Below are positions 10,057 through 18,880 of a stretch of DNA of 64,000 bases, one piece after another. The notes under the pieces were generated by a model. It had not been told where the DNA came from, made no database searches, and worked only from the letters and a program-made list of their open reading frames with translations. Position numbers and translations under genes: made by a program. Every line of letters begins with the position of its first letter. Position 1 is the stretch's first letter. Origin of the DNA: Gammaproteobacteria bacterium (lineage in GTDB: Bacteria; Pseudomonadota; Gammaproteobacteria; Pseudomonadales; Azotimanducaceae); assembly GCA_002708765.1 (NCBI GenBank), contig PAPD01000052.1, positions 15,535-79,534 on the forward strand, in the 5' to 3' direction.

Positions 10057-10971
10057 TTACTTGGAATACCGGACGAGAGGCTGGTTGACATAAGTTCCTC
10101 TAGTAAGATCAGTTGTCACGCTCGGAGCAATGGGTCGCCACCCAAGCTCACTCCGGGCACGATCAGAGGACATAATACATTCGATGCATGAAAGATCTGC
10201 GAGCTCACCCATGACTTCCCTGGCCTCCTCAAGAGGCCAACAAACCGGCTCGATGCCCGGACCAAAATGCTTGGCAATGAGATGAGCTGTGTCCTTACTG
10301 CACACCACTTCATCAGAGCCCGCGTTGTATATACCATGCGCTGATTCATTAGTGACGGCCTTAAGATAAAGATCGGAAAGAGCATCGGCATGAATGGTGC
10401 TAACCAGGTTCGTACCCTCGCCTATGTGAAGAGATTTTCCCGTCTCCCTGGCTCTAAAAATGAGGCCCGCTAACCACCCGCCAGCGTGACCGTATATAAG
10501 ACCGGGCCTTACACTTATTCCTCTTATACCCTTCGCCGATAGGCCAACAACCTCCTGATCATGCCTGGCTCGCCAGGCCCGCAACGGATGCGGGTTCTCG
10601 ATGGGCTCATGTTCGTCCCGCGGAGTCCCCTGAGTGTCGTTGTAAACCACACTTGCGCTTGTCGTCACGAAAACCTTACCAGAACCATCGAACGCCGCCT
10701 CTACCGCTGAGATAAATTGTGAATCAAGCTTCTCCATTTCTTCGTCATGGGATGCCCCGATATGAACTACCGCATCACACTCTCTGGCCGTCTCACTTAT
10801 CAGTTCTGAGTCCGCGAACCCTCCCGCCACCCAGCGCACCCCCTCGCGCGGGGAAAGATCAGCTATGTGGTGGGGCCGGACCAGCGCAAACACCTCGTGA
10901 CCATGATCGAGAAAATAATTTAACGCATGACCACCTGCGTGGCCGGTGGTTCCGGTCATTAGTACCTTCAT
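10057..10971 (-). CDS. NAD(P)-dependent epimerase/dehydratase (NmrA-like/atypical SDR) family protein
   Basis: N-terminal Rossmann motif MKVLMTGTTGHAGG, 304 aa. Confidence 0.75.
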   Translation of the reverse strand: MKVLMTGTTGHAGGHALNYFLDHGHEVFALVRPHHIADLSPREGVRWVAGGFADSELISETARECDAVVHIGASHDEEMEKLDSQFISAVEAAFDGSGKVFVTTSASVVYNDTQGTPRDEHEPIENPHPLRAWRARHDQEVVGLSAKGIRGISVRPGLIYGHAGGWLAGLIFRARETGKSLHIGEGTNLVSTIHADALSDLYLKAVTNESAHGIYNAGSDEVVCSKDTAHLIAKHFGPGIEPVCWPLEEAREVMGELADLSCIECIMSSDRARSELGWRPIAPSVTTDLTRGTYVNQPLVRYSK

Positions 10972-11274
10972 TGGTTTCGCTTCCTTTTCGTAACGCTAGC
11001 TTCTTCTCTTTTATTGATAAACAGTATCTTGATTTCACAAAAACTATGCCAGAGTTCCCAAACCTTGGCTAGTAGCCTCACCCGATTCCTATAAGCGCTC
11101 TCCCGATTTATACTGAACGGCCATACCCACAAAAATTCAACCGAAAGGTGATGCCCGATTAGTCTCACGAGTTCTTACTAAAGGGTACTTTGAAGACTAA
11201 TTTAGAGTATTCTTACAGAATTTCGAGAAAACGGTCACTAATACAAAGAAAGAACATTATGGAAGACTTCAAAA

Positions 11275-12819
11275 ATGCTTCTACATGATCGATGCAAACT
11301 GACCCGAGCAGTTGCCCTAGCACTCCTTTTGATTTCAGGCTGCGACTCTGGCCAAACAGTATCAGATATCCCTGAAGAGCGCGCCGAAAATAAGGCTGAA
11401 TTCGATGAGAGTTGGTTGGCGGGCGATCATCATGTTCATAGTCGTTTCAGCGTTAGATGGGACGAGAAGACCAACCCACCCACTCCCATAATGGGGGGGG
11501 ACGCGATCTACCCGATTCCAATGAATGCAGCTATGGGAAGTCGCTTCGGCCTAGACTGGATAGTAACAACAGATCACGGAGGCCCTAATCATTCTAAAAT
11601 CAGGCTCGAACACGCGTACCCTGAACTCTTGGAATCCAGAAAAGCCCTGCCTGAAATGATCCAGTACATGGGAATGGAGTTCGACACCCCCGGGGCTGAT
11701 CACTCTAGCATCATCATGCCTCTGGGAGAGAAAGAAGCGACGGACCTTTTTGATATCGAAACCAGATTCAACAAGAAAGAGCCATGGCCGGAAGACCAGA
11801 CATGGGACACCGAAGAAAGGATGATCGAGGCCCTCGAAGCAATGAAAGAGCTTACCGATAAACCGATCGTAATAGCGCACCACCCATCAAGGTCAGCAAG
11901 AGGTAATGGGGAATACGGAATGACGGGGCCGGCCGAGCTAAGATCATGGAATGACACGGCACCCGGAATCGCGGTCGGAATGGAAGGCGCACCCGGGCAT
12001 CAGGCAATCTCTCAACTTCGGAACCGGTTCGACCAGCCATCAAATCACTCCAAATTTCTCGGGGCCGCTAGGCCGAGAGGCATCTACGGTCGGATGCTAG
12101 GCGGCTACCCGACGATGGGAGGTTTTGACCAGATGACGGCCCAGGTAGGCGGATTCTGGGATTCGATGTTGGGTGAAGGAAGGCGATGGTGGATCACAGC
12201 AAACTCCGACAGCCACATCCACTGGACGGACGGAGGGGCTGATTTCTGGCCAGGAGAGTATTCGAAGACGTATGTCCTGGCGGAGAGAAACCCGCGAGCA
12301 ATATTCGACGCCATCCGTAACGGGAAAATTTTCGTTACCACCGGAGACCTGGTCTCCGAGGTCTGGTTCGAGGCGAGCAAATCAGGGCCAGGGACGGAAC
12401 CTAGTTCAGAACGGGAAACCGCCTCAATGGGTTCCACCCTCCGAGTGCAACCAGGTGAAGAGGTAACCATAAACATAAAGATTCTTGACCCTGGGACCAC
12501 TAATCATAATGGCGACAGCCCGGAGGTCGCCAGGACAGATCTTATCCTTGGAGAGTTTTTCCAGGAGGAGGTAGATTCTGGAACTGACCTAAACCCGTCA
12601 GCAAAAGTAGAAAAAAGATGGGACCGAGAGGACATGAAGAACGATAGAAAGTATCTTGCGGCAGACTACGCGATAAAGAACATTTCCAGGTCATTTTATG
12701 TCCGGTTACGTGGAACCAACACCAATGAGCTAGAGCCAGCAGAGGACCCAGACAACGAAAATCCATGGAACGATCTGTGGTTTTACACAAACCCGATTTT
12801 TGTCGAGGTCGCTAACTGA
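11275..12819 (+). CDS. PHP-superfamily-like metallohydrolase lipoprotein
   Basis: Lipobox LLISGC. The ordered metal-ligand-like motifs DHHVHS, TTDHGG, MEFD, IAHHPS and ANSDSHIH run in the same order as in the DUF3604 protein at 21274. Confidence 0.55.
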   Translation: MLLHDRCKLTRAVALALLLISGCDSGQTVSDIPEERAENKAEFDESWLAGDHHVHSRFSVRWDEKTNPPTPIMGGDAIYPIPMNAAMGSRFGLDWIVTTDHGGPNHSKIRLEHAYPELLESRKALPEMIQYMGMEFDTPGADHSSIIMPLGEKEATDLFDIETRFNKKEPWPEDQTWDTEERMIEALEAMKELTDKPIVIAHHPSRSARGNGEYGMTGPAELRSWNDTAPGIAVGMEGAPGHQAISQLRNRFDQPSNHSKFLGAARPRGIYGRMLGGYPTMGGFDQMTAQVGGFWDSMLGEGRRWWITANSDSHIHWTDGGADFWPGEYSKTYVLAERNPRAIFDAIRNGKIFVTTGDLVSEVWFEASKSGPGTEPSSERETASMGSTLRVQPGEEVTINIKILDPGTTNHNGDSPEVARTDLILGEFFQEEVDSGTDLNPSAKVEKRWDREDMKNDRKYLAADYAIKNISRSFYVRLRGTNTNELEPAEDPDNENPWNDLWFYTNPIFVEVAN

Positions 12820-12862
12820 ACTCTGACTTTATCCCTAAAACAACAAGAAAAACCGAGCCAGA

Positions 12863-13324
12863 TTATTGCTCATAGGGACTGTTTACCGCCGCAAAAACTT
12901 CGCTGCTACCATCATTCTTTAGTAAAAGAACAGTGTATGGATCAAACCGTTTCGGCACTTCCATTCCTGGGCTCCCGAAGGGCATCCCGGGAACCGACAG
13001 ACCGATCACTCCTTCAACCGGGTTACGGAGAAATTGGCTGATATATCTAGCGGGAACGTGCCCTTCGAACACATAACCCCCGAGAGAGATAGCCGTGTGG
13101 CAGGACTGGTACTTTGGCTTAACCCCATGTTGATGTTTGAAGCTGCTTAAACTTTCCGTATCCGTGCCGACAGCATCGAACCCGTTTTCGTGAAGATGCT
13201 CTATCCATTTGACGCAGCAACCGCAGCTTTTGGACTTGAAAACCTCCAGATAAACAGCCCCGGTTTCTGGTTCGGCATTCGTTATTCCCGCGAACAGCCA
13301 TAAAAACGAAAGCAGAAACCTCAT
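12863..13324 (-). CDS. DUF411 (CopG-like) periplasmic metal-binding protein
   Basis: Signal peptide, CGCCVKW motif, and the HVP...GMP.GSPGME motif typical of DUF411. Confidence 0.7.
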   Translation of the reverse strand: MRFLLSFLWLFAGITNAEPETGAVYLEVFKSKSCGCCVKWIEHLHENGFDAVGTDTESLSSFKHQHGVKPKYQSCHTAISLGGYVFEGHVPARYISQFLRNPVEGVIGLSVPGMPFGSPGMEVPKRFDPYTVLLLKNDGSSEVFAAVNSPYEQ

Positions 13325-13474
13325 CTGATCCTCTCCTCAAACTAATCTTTTTTTTAGCTTTACCGTCGTGAATCGCAAAAGAGCGTAGAATATCATTTTT
13401 TAATCGAATGGGACCATACAAAATAAGGCCTATACAGATATGAATCGTCCAAGAACAGTTTCCTGAAGATCTCA

Positions 13475-14317
13475 ATGAATGCGGCAGGCTACATGGTTAT
13501 CAGCGCGCTCGGTTTTTCACTCATGGCTTTGTGCGTAAAAATCGGAAACCTCAGGGGTTTCCCGGTCCTTGAACTTATCGCTGCAAAGGCACTCATCTCA
13601 TTATTTTTAAGTTACTGGGACGTATGGCGGCTGGGTATTTCACCTTGGGGAGAACAGCGAACACTTCTCTGGCTCAGAGGGATCATCGGATTCCTGGCAC
13701 TCATCGCCGTATACACCGCACTTACGCTGCTGCCTCTGGCCGAAGCCACACTTATCCAGTACCTCAACCCCATATTCACCGCAATACTTGCCTTTCTTTT
13801 TCTTGGGGAGAGGATCCAAAAAACGACGGTTGCCTGCATGGTAATGGGCATCATCGGTCTACTGGTTATTTCACAACCACAGTTGCTAGGAGGAACCCCC
13901 TTGCCTCTTGCGGGTGTTGCCATAGCACTTCTTGGAGCGGCAGGTAGCGGGGCCGCCTACACCATAGTTCGACGCCTCAGCCACCGGGAGCACCCTTCGG
14001 TAATAATTCTCTATTTCCCGCTAGTGTGCCTCCCCGCCACGATTGTTTTTGGCTGGCAAGACTTTATCTTTCCAGAGGGATCCGACTGGATCCTTTTGCT
14101 CGCCATCGGACTATTTACCCAGGTTGGCCAGATCGGCTTAACCCGGGGTGTTGCCATGGTATCCGCGGGGAAAGCTACCGGTTTCAGCTATATACAGGTG
14201 ATTTTTGCGTCACTCCTCGGAGCCCTATTCCTGGACGAGACGCTGAGCATCAGTACATTACTCGGGGCAATTTTCATTATTTCGGGTGCACTAATTAATA
14301 ATTGGGAACGCAAATGA
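13475..14317 (+). CDS. EamA/DMT family transporter
   Basis: 280 aa, 10 predicted TM spans, duplicated EamA-like halves. Confidence 0.8.
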   Translation: MNAAGYMVISALGFSLMALCVKIGNLRGFPVLELIAAKALISLFLSYWDVWRLGISPWGEQRTLLWLRGIIGFLALIAVYTALTLLPLAEATLIQYLNPIFTAILAFLFLGERIQKTTVACMVMGIIGLLVISQPQLLGGTPLPLAGVAIALLGAAGSGAAYTIVRRLSHREHPSVIILYFPLVCLPATIVFGWQDFIFPEGSDWILLLAIGLFTQVGQIGLTRGVAMVSAGKATGFSYIQVIFASLLGALFLDETLSISTLLGAIFIISGALINNWERK

Positions 14318-14703
14318 AAATCACGCACGCTATATACCTGGTTGATGACGAAGCAGCAGCACTAGAGTTTCTAGGCGAATTGCTCGGTTTTGAACTGATG
14401 TCAGAAGACTTTACCGTTGATGGAACGAGGTTTGTTACGGTACGTGTTTCCGGTGAGTCCGGCCTCCATCTGCAGGTGGTTGAAACCCCTCTCCAATCCC
14501 GGATCTCCGAACTGAAAAAAAAGGCTGGCGTTGTCGATTTCATACTGGAGGTCGGGGACATATCCTCGATTTGCAAAAAAATCGAGGCGCGGGGCATGAC
14601 CATCGTTAGAAATCCCACGGAAGCTCCATACGGAATAACGGCTATATTTGAAGATCCTTTTGGAAATTTATGGGATATTGTTGAAAGATCGGTACCTGAT
14701 TAG
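14314..14703 (+). CDS. VOC (glyoxalase/bleomycin-resistance) family protein
   Basis: MKITHAIYLVDD...FEDPFGNLWDIVE. The ATG at 14314 overlaps the EamA stop (ATGA). Confidence 0.8.
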   Translation: MKITHAIYLVDDEAAALEFLGELLGFELMSEDFTVDGTRFVTVRVSGESGLHLQVVETPLQSRISELKKKAGVVDFILEVGDISSICKKIEARGMTIVRNPTEAPYGITAIFEDPFGNLWDIVERSVPD

Positions 14704-14790
14704 AATATTTATATATACTCATAATCATATTATCGAAGGTGCGGGAACAGCCGGCGCCCTAATGAACTGACGGTTTTTCTGGAGAATTTA

Positions 14791-15987
14791 ATGTCAAATA
14801 TCGATCAATTTCGCTCCTCCACCAGGGACTGGTTAAAAGATAATTGTCCTGCTTCGTGTCAGGGCCCTGATAACGCGTTGCCGGACATTATCTGGGGTGG
14901 CAGGTTACAGGAATACCCCGACCCGGACGTAAAACTCTGGATGGACAAGCTAATCGAGAAAGGCTGGACCGTCCCTAGCTGGCCAGAGGAGTACGGGGGC
15001 GCGGGCCTTACCAAGGAAGAGGAAAAGGTACTTCGTGCGGAAATGCACGCAATAGGCACCTACTCACCGCTCTACAGCTTCGGGATATCTATGCTCGCAC
15101 CTGCCTTGATGGAGTACGCAACAGAAGAACAGAAACGCGAACATCTGCCAAAAATAGCTAGCGGAGAAATAAGGTGGTGCCAGGGTTACAGCGAACCCGG
15201 GGCCGGATCAGACCTGGCCAGCCTGCAATGCAAAGCCGTGCGAGATGGAGATGATTACGTTATTAACGGACAGAAAGTCTGGACCTCTACGGCGGATGTC
15301 TCCGACTGGATATTCTGCCTCGTGAGGACAGACCCGAATGCAGCCAAACATGACGGTATCAGTTTCATACTTATCGACATGGCAACCGAGGGGGTTTCGA
15401 CTAAACCAATAGAACTGATCAGCGGGGCTTCACCTTTTTGTGAGACCTTCTTTGACAATGTCAGAGTTCCGGTAGCGAATCGCATACATGAGGAAAATAA
15501 AGGGTGGTCAGTTGCCAAGGCACTCCTCTTGCATGAAAGAACCATGTTAGCAGCGAACTCTCGGGGATCAGGTAGCGGACTAGAAAGGCGATCACTATTA
15601 ACAGTGGCAAGGGATGCTCTAGGACAGAAAAACGGAACCCTCGGTGACCCGGCCATCCGGAGCGAGATTGCGCAGACAGAGATGGATACTCTCTGCTACG
15701 AAGCTACTTTGCAACGAACCACGGAGGCAGCAAAAGCGGGCCAGGGCATGGGACCTGAAGGGTCCATGTTCAAACTATATCTGTCGGAGTTAAACCAGAG
15801 AAAGGCAGACCTGAGACAGCGAATAAACGGAGCAGACAGCCTTATCTGGGACGGCGAGGATTTCAATGCCGAAGACAAGGAAATAACAAGGGAATGGCTA
15901 TACGGAAAAGCTGCCACCATACTGGGGGGAACGTCCGAAATACAGCTCAATATTATCTCGAAAAGAGTTCTTGGATTACCGGACTAG
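14791..15987 (+). CDS. acyl-CoA dehydrogenase (FAD-binding, alpha-type subunit)
   Basis: 398 aa, YSEPGAGSD, INGQKVWTS, C-terminal GGTSEIQLNII. HER at residue 249 aligns with the IVD-type catalytic Glu. Confidence 0.85.
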   Translation: MSNIDQFRSSTRDWLKDNCPASCQGPDNALPDIIWGGRLQEYPDPDVKLWMDKLIEKGWTVPSWPEEYGGAGLTKEEEKVLRAEMHAIGTYSPLYSFGISMLAPALMEYATEEQKREHLPKIASGEIRWCQGYSEPGAGSDLASLQCKAVRDGDDYVINGQKVWTSTADVSDWIFCLVRTDPNAAKHDGISFILIDMATEGVSTKPIELISGASPFCETFFDNVRVPVANRIHEENKGWSVAKALLLHERTMLAANSRGSGSGLERRSLLTVARDALGQKNGTLGDPAIRSEIAQTEMDTLCYEATLQRTTEAAKAGQGMGPEGSMFKLYLSELNQRKADLRQRINGADSLIWDGEDFNAEDKEITREWLYGKAATILGGTSEIQLNIISKRVLGLPD

Positions 15988-15997
15988 GAGGCATCGC

Positions 15998-17137
15998 ATG
16001 TCATTACTACTTAATGAGGAACAGACTCTGCTTAAAGATAGCGCGAAGTCTTTTACTGATGAAAATACAGACCTGGAGGCGATGAGAGAAAAAAGATCGC
16101 GTTCCCGAATCGCTGAAATCAACAAAGACCTGTGGCAGAAAATAATCGAGCTCGGATGGACAGCGATACCTTTCTCTGAAGAGTATGGGGGGCTTGGTCT
16201 GGGTTACGCGGAGCTGGGGATAGTAATGGAAGAGCTTGGCCGCGGTCTGGTTGACGTGCCTCTTTTTTCGAACATAGTGCTAGCGGGAAGCGTGATTGAT
16301 GTGGCCGGCAGCCAGGAACAGAAAAAACAGCTACTACCGAAGATAATTGACGGCTCAACTTTCATATCCCTGGCCTACCAGGAGGGAGCCAGACACGCTC
16401 CTTATGATGTGTCTTCTGCGTTAGAACCCGACCCCAAAGGATTTGTACTTAACGGGAAAAAACAACTGGTGCTTGACGGAGGGTCTGCGAATCACCTGAT
16501 TGTAGTGGCAAGATCATCGGGTAAAAAAAATGATAGAGGTGGCCTGAGCCTTGTAATTGTAGACGCGCAACAGGAAGGCGTTTCAGTCAAAAACAACCTG
16601 CTCCTGGATAGTCGAAGAGTGGCGAATATAGAATTCCGGAATGTTATTGTTTCAACGGACAACGTCATCGGTGGCATAGGCGAGAGCGCCGACACCCTGG
16701 ACAAAATCTACACAAGAGCAGCGGTAGCACTTTCCGCAGAAATGCTGGGGGGTGCGCAAAGAGCCTTTGATATAACGCTGGAATACCTGAAAGTGAGAGA
16801 GCAGTTTGGCGCTAAAATCGGAAGCTTTCAGGGGCTAAAACACAGAGCGTCTCGCTGGTTCTGTGAGGTAGAGTTGAGCAAGTCGATTGTGCTGAAAGCT
16901 CTAAGGGCGATAGATAGCGACGATCCCGAACAGAAGCGATTAGCTCATGCCTGCAAGGCAAGAACTTCTAGCACCTACCACCTCTCGGGAATCGAAGGCG
17001 TTCAGATGCACGGGGGTATAGGTGTAACGGACGAACACGACATCGGACTTTACATGAAGCGGGCCAGGGTTACCGAGTTACTGTTAGGTGACGCTGCCTA
17101 CCATGCCGACCAGTTTGCGAAATTGAGTGGATATTGA
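15998..17137 (+). CDS. acyl-CoA dehydrogenase family protein (degenerate, beta-type subunit)
   Basis: ATG at 15998 preceded by TAGGAGG. It has ACAD fold motifs (EQFGAKIGSFQGLKHR, HGGIGVTDEHD) but lacks the SEPGAGSD and W-T/S FAD motifs and both catalytic Glu positions. Confidence 0.8.
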   Translation: MSLLLNEEQTLLKDSAKSFTDENTDLEAMREKRSRSRIAEINKDLWQKIIELGWTAIPFSEEYGGLGLGYAELGIVMEELGRGLVDVPLFSNIVLAGSVIDVAGSQEQKKQLLPKIIDGSTFISLAYQEGARHAPYDVSSALEPDPKGFVLNGKKQLVLDGGSANHLIVVARSSGKKNDRGGLSLVIVDAQQEGVSVKNNLLLDSRRVANIEFRNVIVSTDNVIGGIGESADTLDKIYTRAAVALSAEMLGGAQRAFDITLEYLKVREQFGAKIGSFQGLKHRASRWFCEVELSKSIVLKALRAIDSDDPEQKRLAHACKARTSSTYHLSGIEGVQMHGGIGVTDEHDIGLYMKRARVTELLLGDAAYHADQFAKLSGY

Positions 17138-17237
17138 ACCGGATAGCTGAAGATACTTTAGCGGTTACCCATTGCGGAACAGGGAGAATTGTTAAAAGGC
17201 CCCGGGGACCCTCTCTGAAGTTAAATTACTAATAAAG

Positions 17238-18008
17238 ATGCAGCAACAAAAAGGCTCTACCGCATTAGTTACAGGCGCATCTTCCGGAATAGGTCTAGCC
17301 TACTCGCAGCACCTTGCGAAAGAAGGCTGGGAGCTACACCTGGTATCTCAAAAACCAGCGAAGGCAGAAATCGCGCTGAAGAGCCTACACCCTGGCAGCG
17401 CCCGATATCATTATGCTGACCTGAGCGATCCCGGATCCGTTGAGAATCTGAACCAGGCCATACCGACACCAGACCTGATCATCGCCAACGCAGGAGTTAC
17501 CAGAACAGGGGCAGCAGGTTCTATCGATATAGAAACTAGACGACAAATGAGCTACCTGCTCTGTAACGGAGTTATAGACCTTATCGAATATCATCTCCCT
17601 GTAATGATGCAAAGAGGTTCCGGCCGAATAGTTATTATATCGAGCATCGGAGCCATAACTCCGATGCCTAAATCTTCAATATACGCAAGCGCGAAAGCAG
17701 GTATATACGCTTACGGCAGATCCATAAACGAAGAACTTAGAGAAAAAAACATATCGATTACCGTTAGTCTCCCTGGCTATGTAAGAACGGACGCACATAA
17801 ACGAGCAGGGTTAGGCCACCTGGAAACGCAAATACCAAGCTGGATGTGGATCTCAGCTGAGCAGGTTGTTCAGGAAACGGAATCCGCGTCACTGAAAAAC
17901 AAAAGCCTGGTTATCCCAGGCGCTATCTACAGGCTAGTTCGCCCCTTCCTTGGGTCAAGGGCGGCTAGTGCCGCATGGAGGTTATTGAACAGGCGAAAAA
18001 GTCTTTAA
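17238..18008 (+). CDS. SDR family oxidoreductase
   Basis: TGASSGIG cofactor motif, catalytic YASAK, 256 aa. Confidence 0.85.
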   Translation: MQQQKGSTALVTGASSGIGLAYSQHLAKEGWELHLVSQKPAKAEIALKSLHPGSARYHYADLSDPGSVENLNQAIPTPDLIIANAGVTRTGAAGSIDIETRRQMSYLLCNGVIDLIEYHLPVMMQRGSGRIVIISSIGAITPMPKSSIYASAKAGIYAYGRSINEELREKNISITVSLPGYVRTDAHKRAGLGHLETQIPSWMWISAEQVVQETESASLKNKSLVIPGAIYRLVRPFLGSRAASAAWRLLNRRKSL

Positions 18009-18015
18009 GCACATA

Positions 18016-18621
18016 CTAGGCTTCGGTTACCACTCCTACTGACCCGAACATGAAAGGGGCCATCACACTTATAATTGGAGAGGCCCACTCCACCTCGACG
18101 CTTAGCTCTGTTCGCGCTCGGATATTCTCGACATGGATCTTCTCACCATCCTTACGAAGCCAGCCACAGCATTGAGTCCCGTCCGACCTCAGAACCAGGG
18201 AACGGTTGCCCCAGCATTCCGGATCAATTCCTTTATCGTGTCTGTAATAGAACGCAAGATGGCCATCCATCATGGAAAGGTCTCCTAATGGCTTCCATCG
18301 CAACGCGGCCAGGTTTTCGGCATCAGGAAAAAAAGTGTCTACCCTTACGGTATTCGAGTCACTCGGGAGTGGAGCCCTGACCTCGTAGTCCTTATCGATG
18401 TATCCCGTCACTGGCACTTTGTTTGGGCTAAAGAAAAGCTCTGCTGGCTCTAGTTGAAGAGCGGAGCAAAATCTCATCATCATATCGACAGTTAATCTCC
18501 TCTCACCTTTTTCTAGCCGATGGATCTGCGCAACACTTACACCGAGATTATCGGCCAGTTCCTGAGTCGAGATGTTTTTTCTTTGTCTGATGGATTTTAG
18601 TTCATACGGATTGAATTCCAT
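18016..18621 (-). CDS. XRE-family HTH regulator with a LexA/CI-like (S24-like) C-terminal domain
   Basis: N-terminal HTH ISTQELADNLGVSVAQIHRLEKGER. The C-terminal region GDLSMMDG...LRKDG resembles a degenerate S24 Ser/Lys dyad. Confidence 0.75.
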   Translation of the reverse strand: MEFNPYELKSIRQRKNISTQELADNLGVSVAQIHRLEKGERRLTVDMMMRFCSALQLEPAELFFSPNKVPVTGYIDKDYEVRAPLPSDSNTVRVDTFFPDAENLAALRWKPLGDLSMMDGHLAFYYRHDKGIDPECWGNRSLVLRSDGTQCCGWLRKDGEKIHVENIRARTELSVEVEWASPIISVMAPFMFGSVGVVTEA

Positions 18622-18810
18622 TATGGTTATATTTTACCTCTATGGATATCTTAGGACGGATTTTTTCACTATAACTTCCCGAAATCAACTACTTTTACGA
18701 ACAGAAAAGGGATTATGAAGGATAAACATATAACCAAAATCTCTATATCGGTTATTAATCGCCTTTATGGAGTTATATCATAATAAATTGAAAAATTAAC
18801 CACATAAACT

Positions 18811-18839
18811 TTGACATTTAGTCAATATGCCCCCTTAAT
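18811..18839 (+). promoter_or_regulatory. candidate promoter for the TBDR gene with an overlapping palindromic operator
   Basis: TTGACA (18811-16), 17 nt, CTTAAT (18834-39). The inverted repeat TTGAC-ATTTA-GTCAA (18811-18825) overlaps the -35. Confidence 0.35.
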
Positions 18840-18880
18840 GACTCTTTTACGATCCAACACACCAAAAAGAAAATTTAAAA

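Noticed and set aside
13119-13475. 118-aa minus-strand ORF overlapping the DUF411 gene, and the 66-aa ORF at 10968-11168
   Set aside because: They are out of frame with, or adjacent to, well-supported genes, have no motifs, and are probably spurious.
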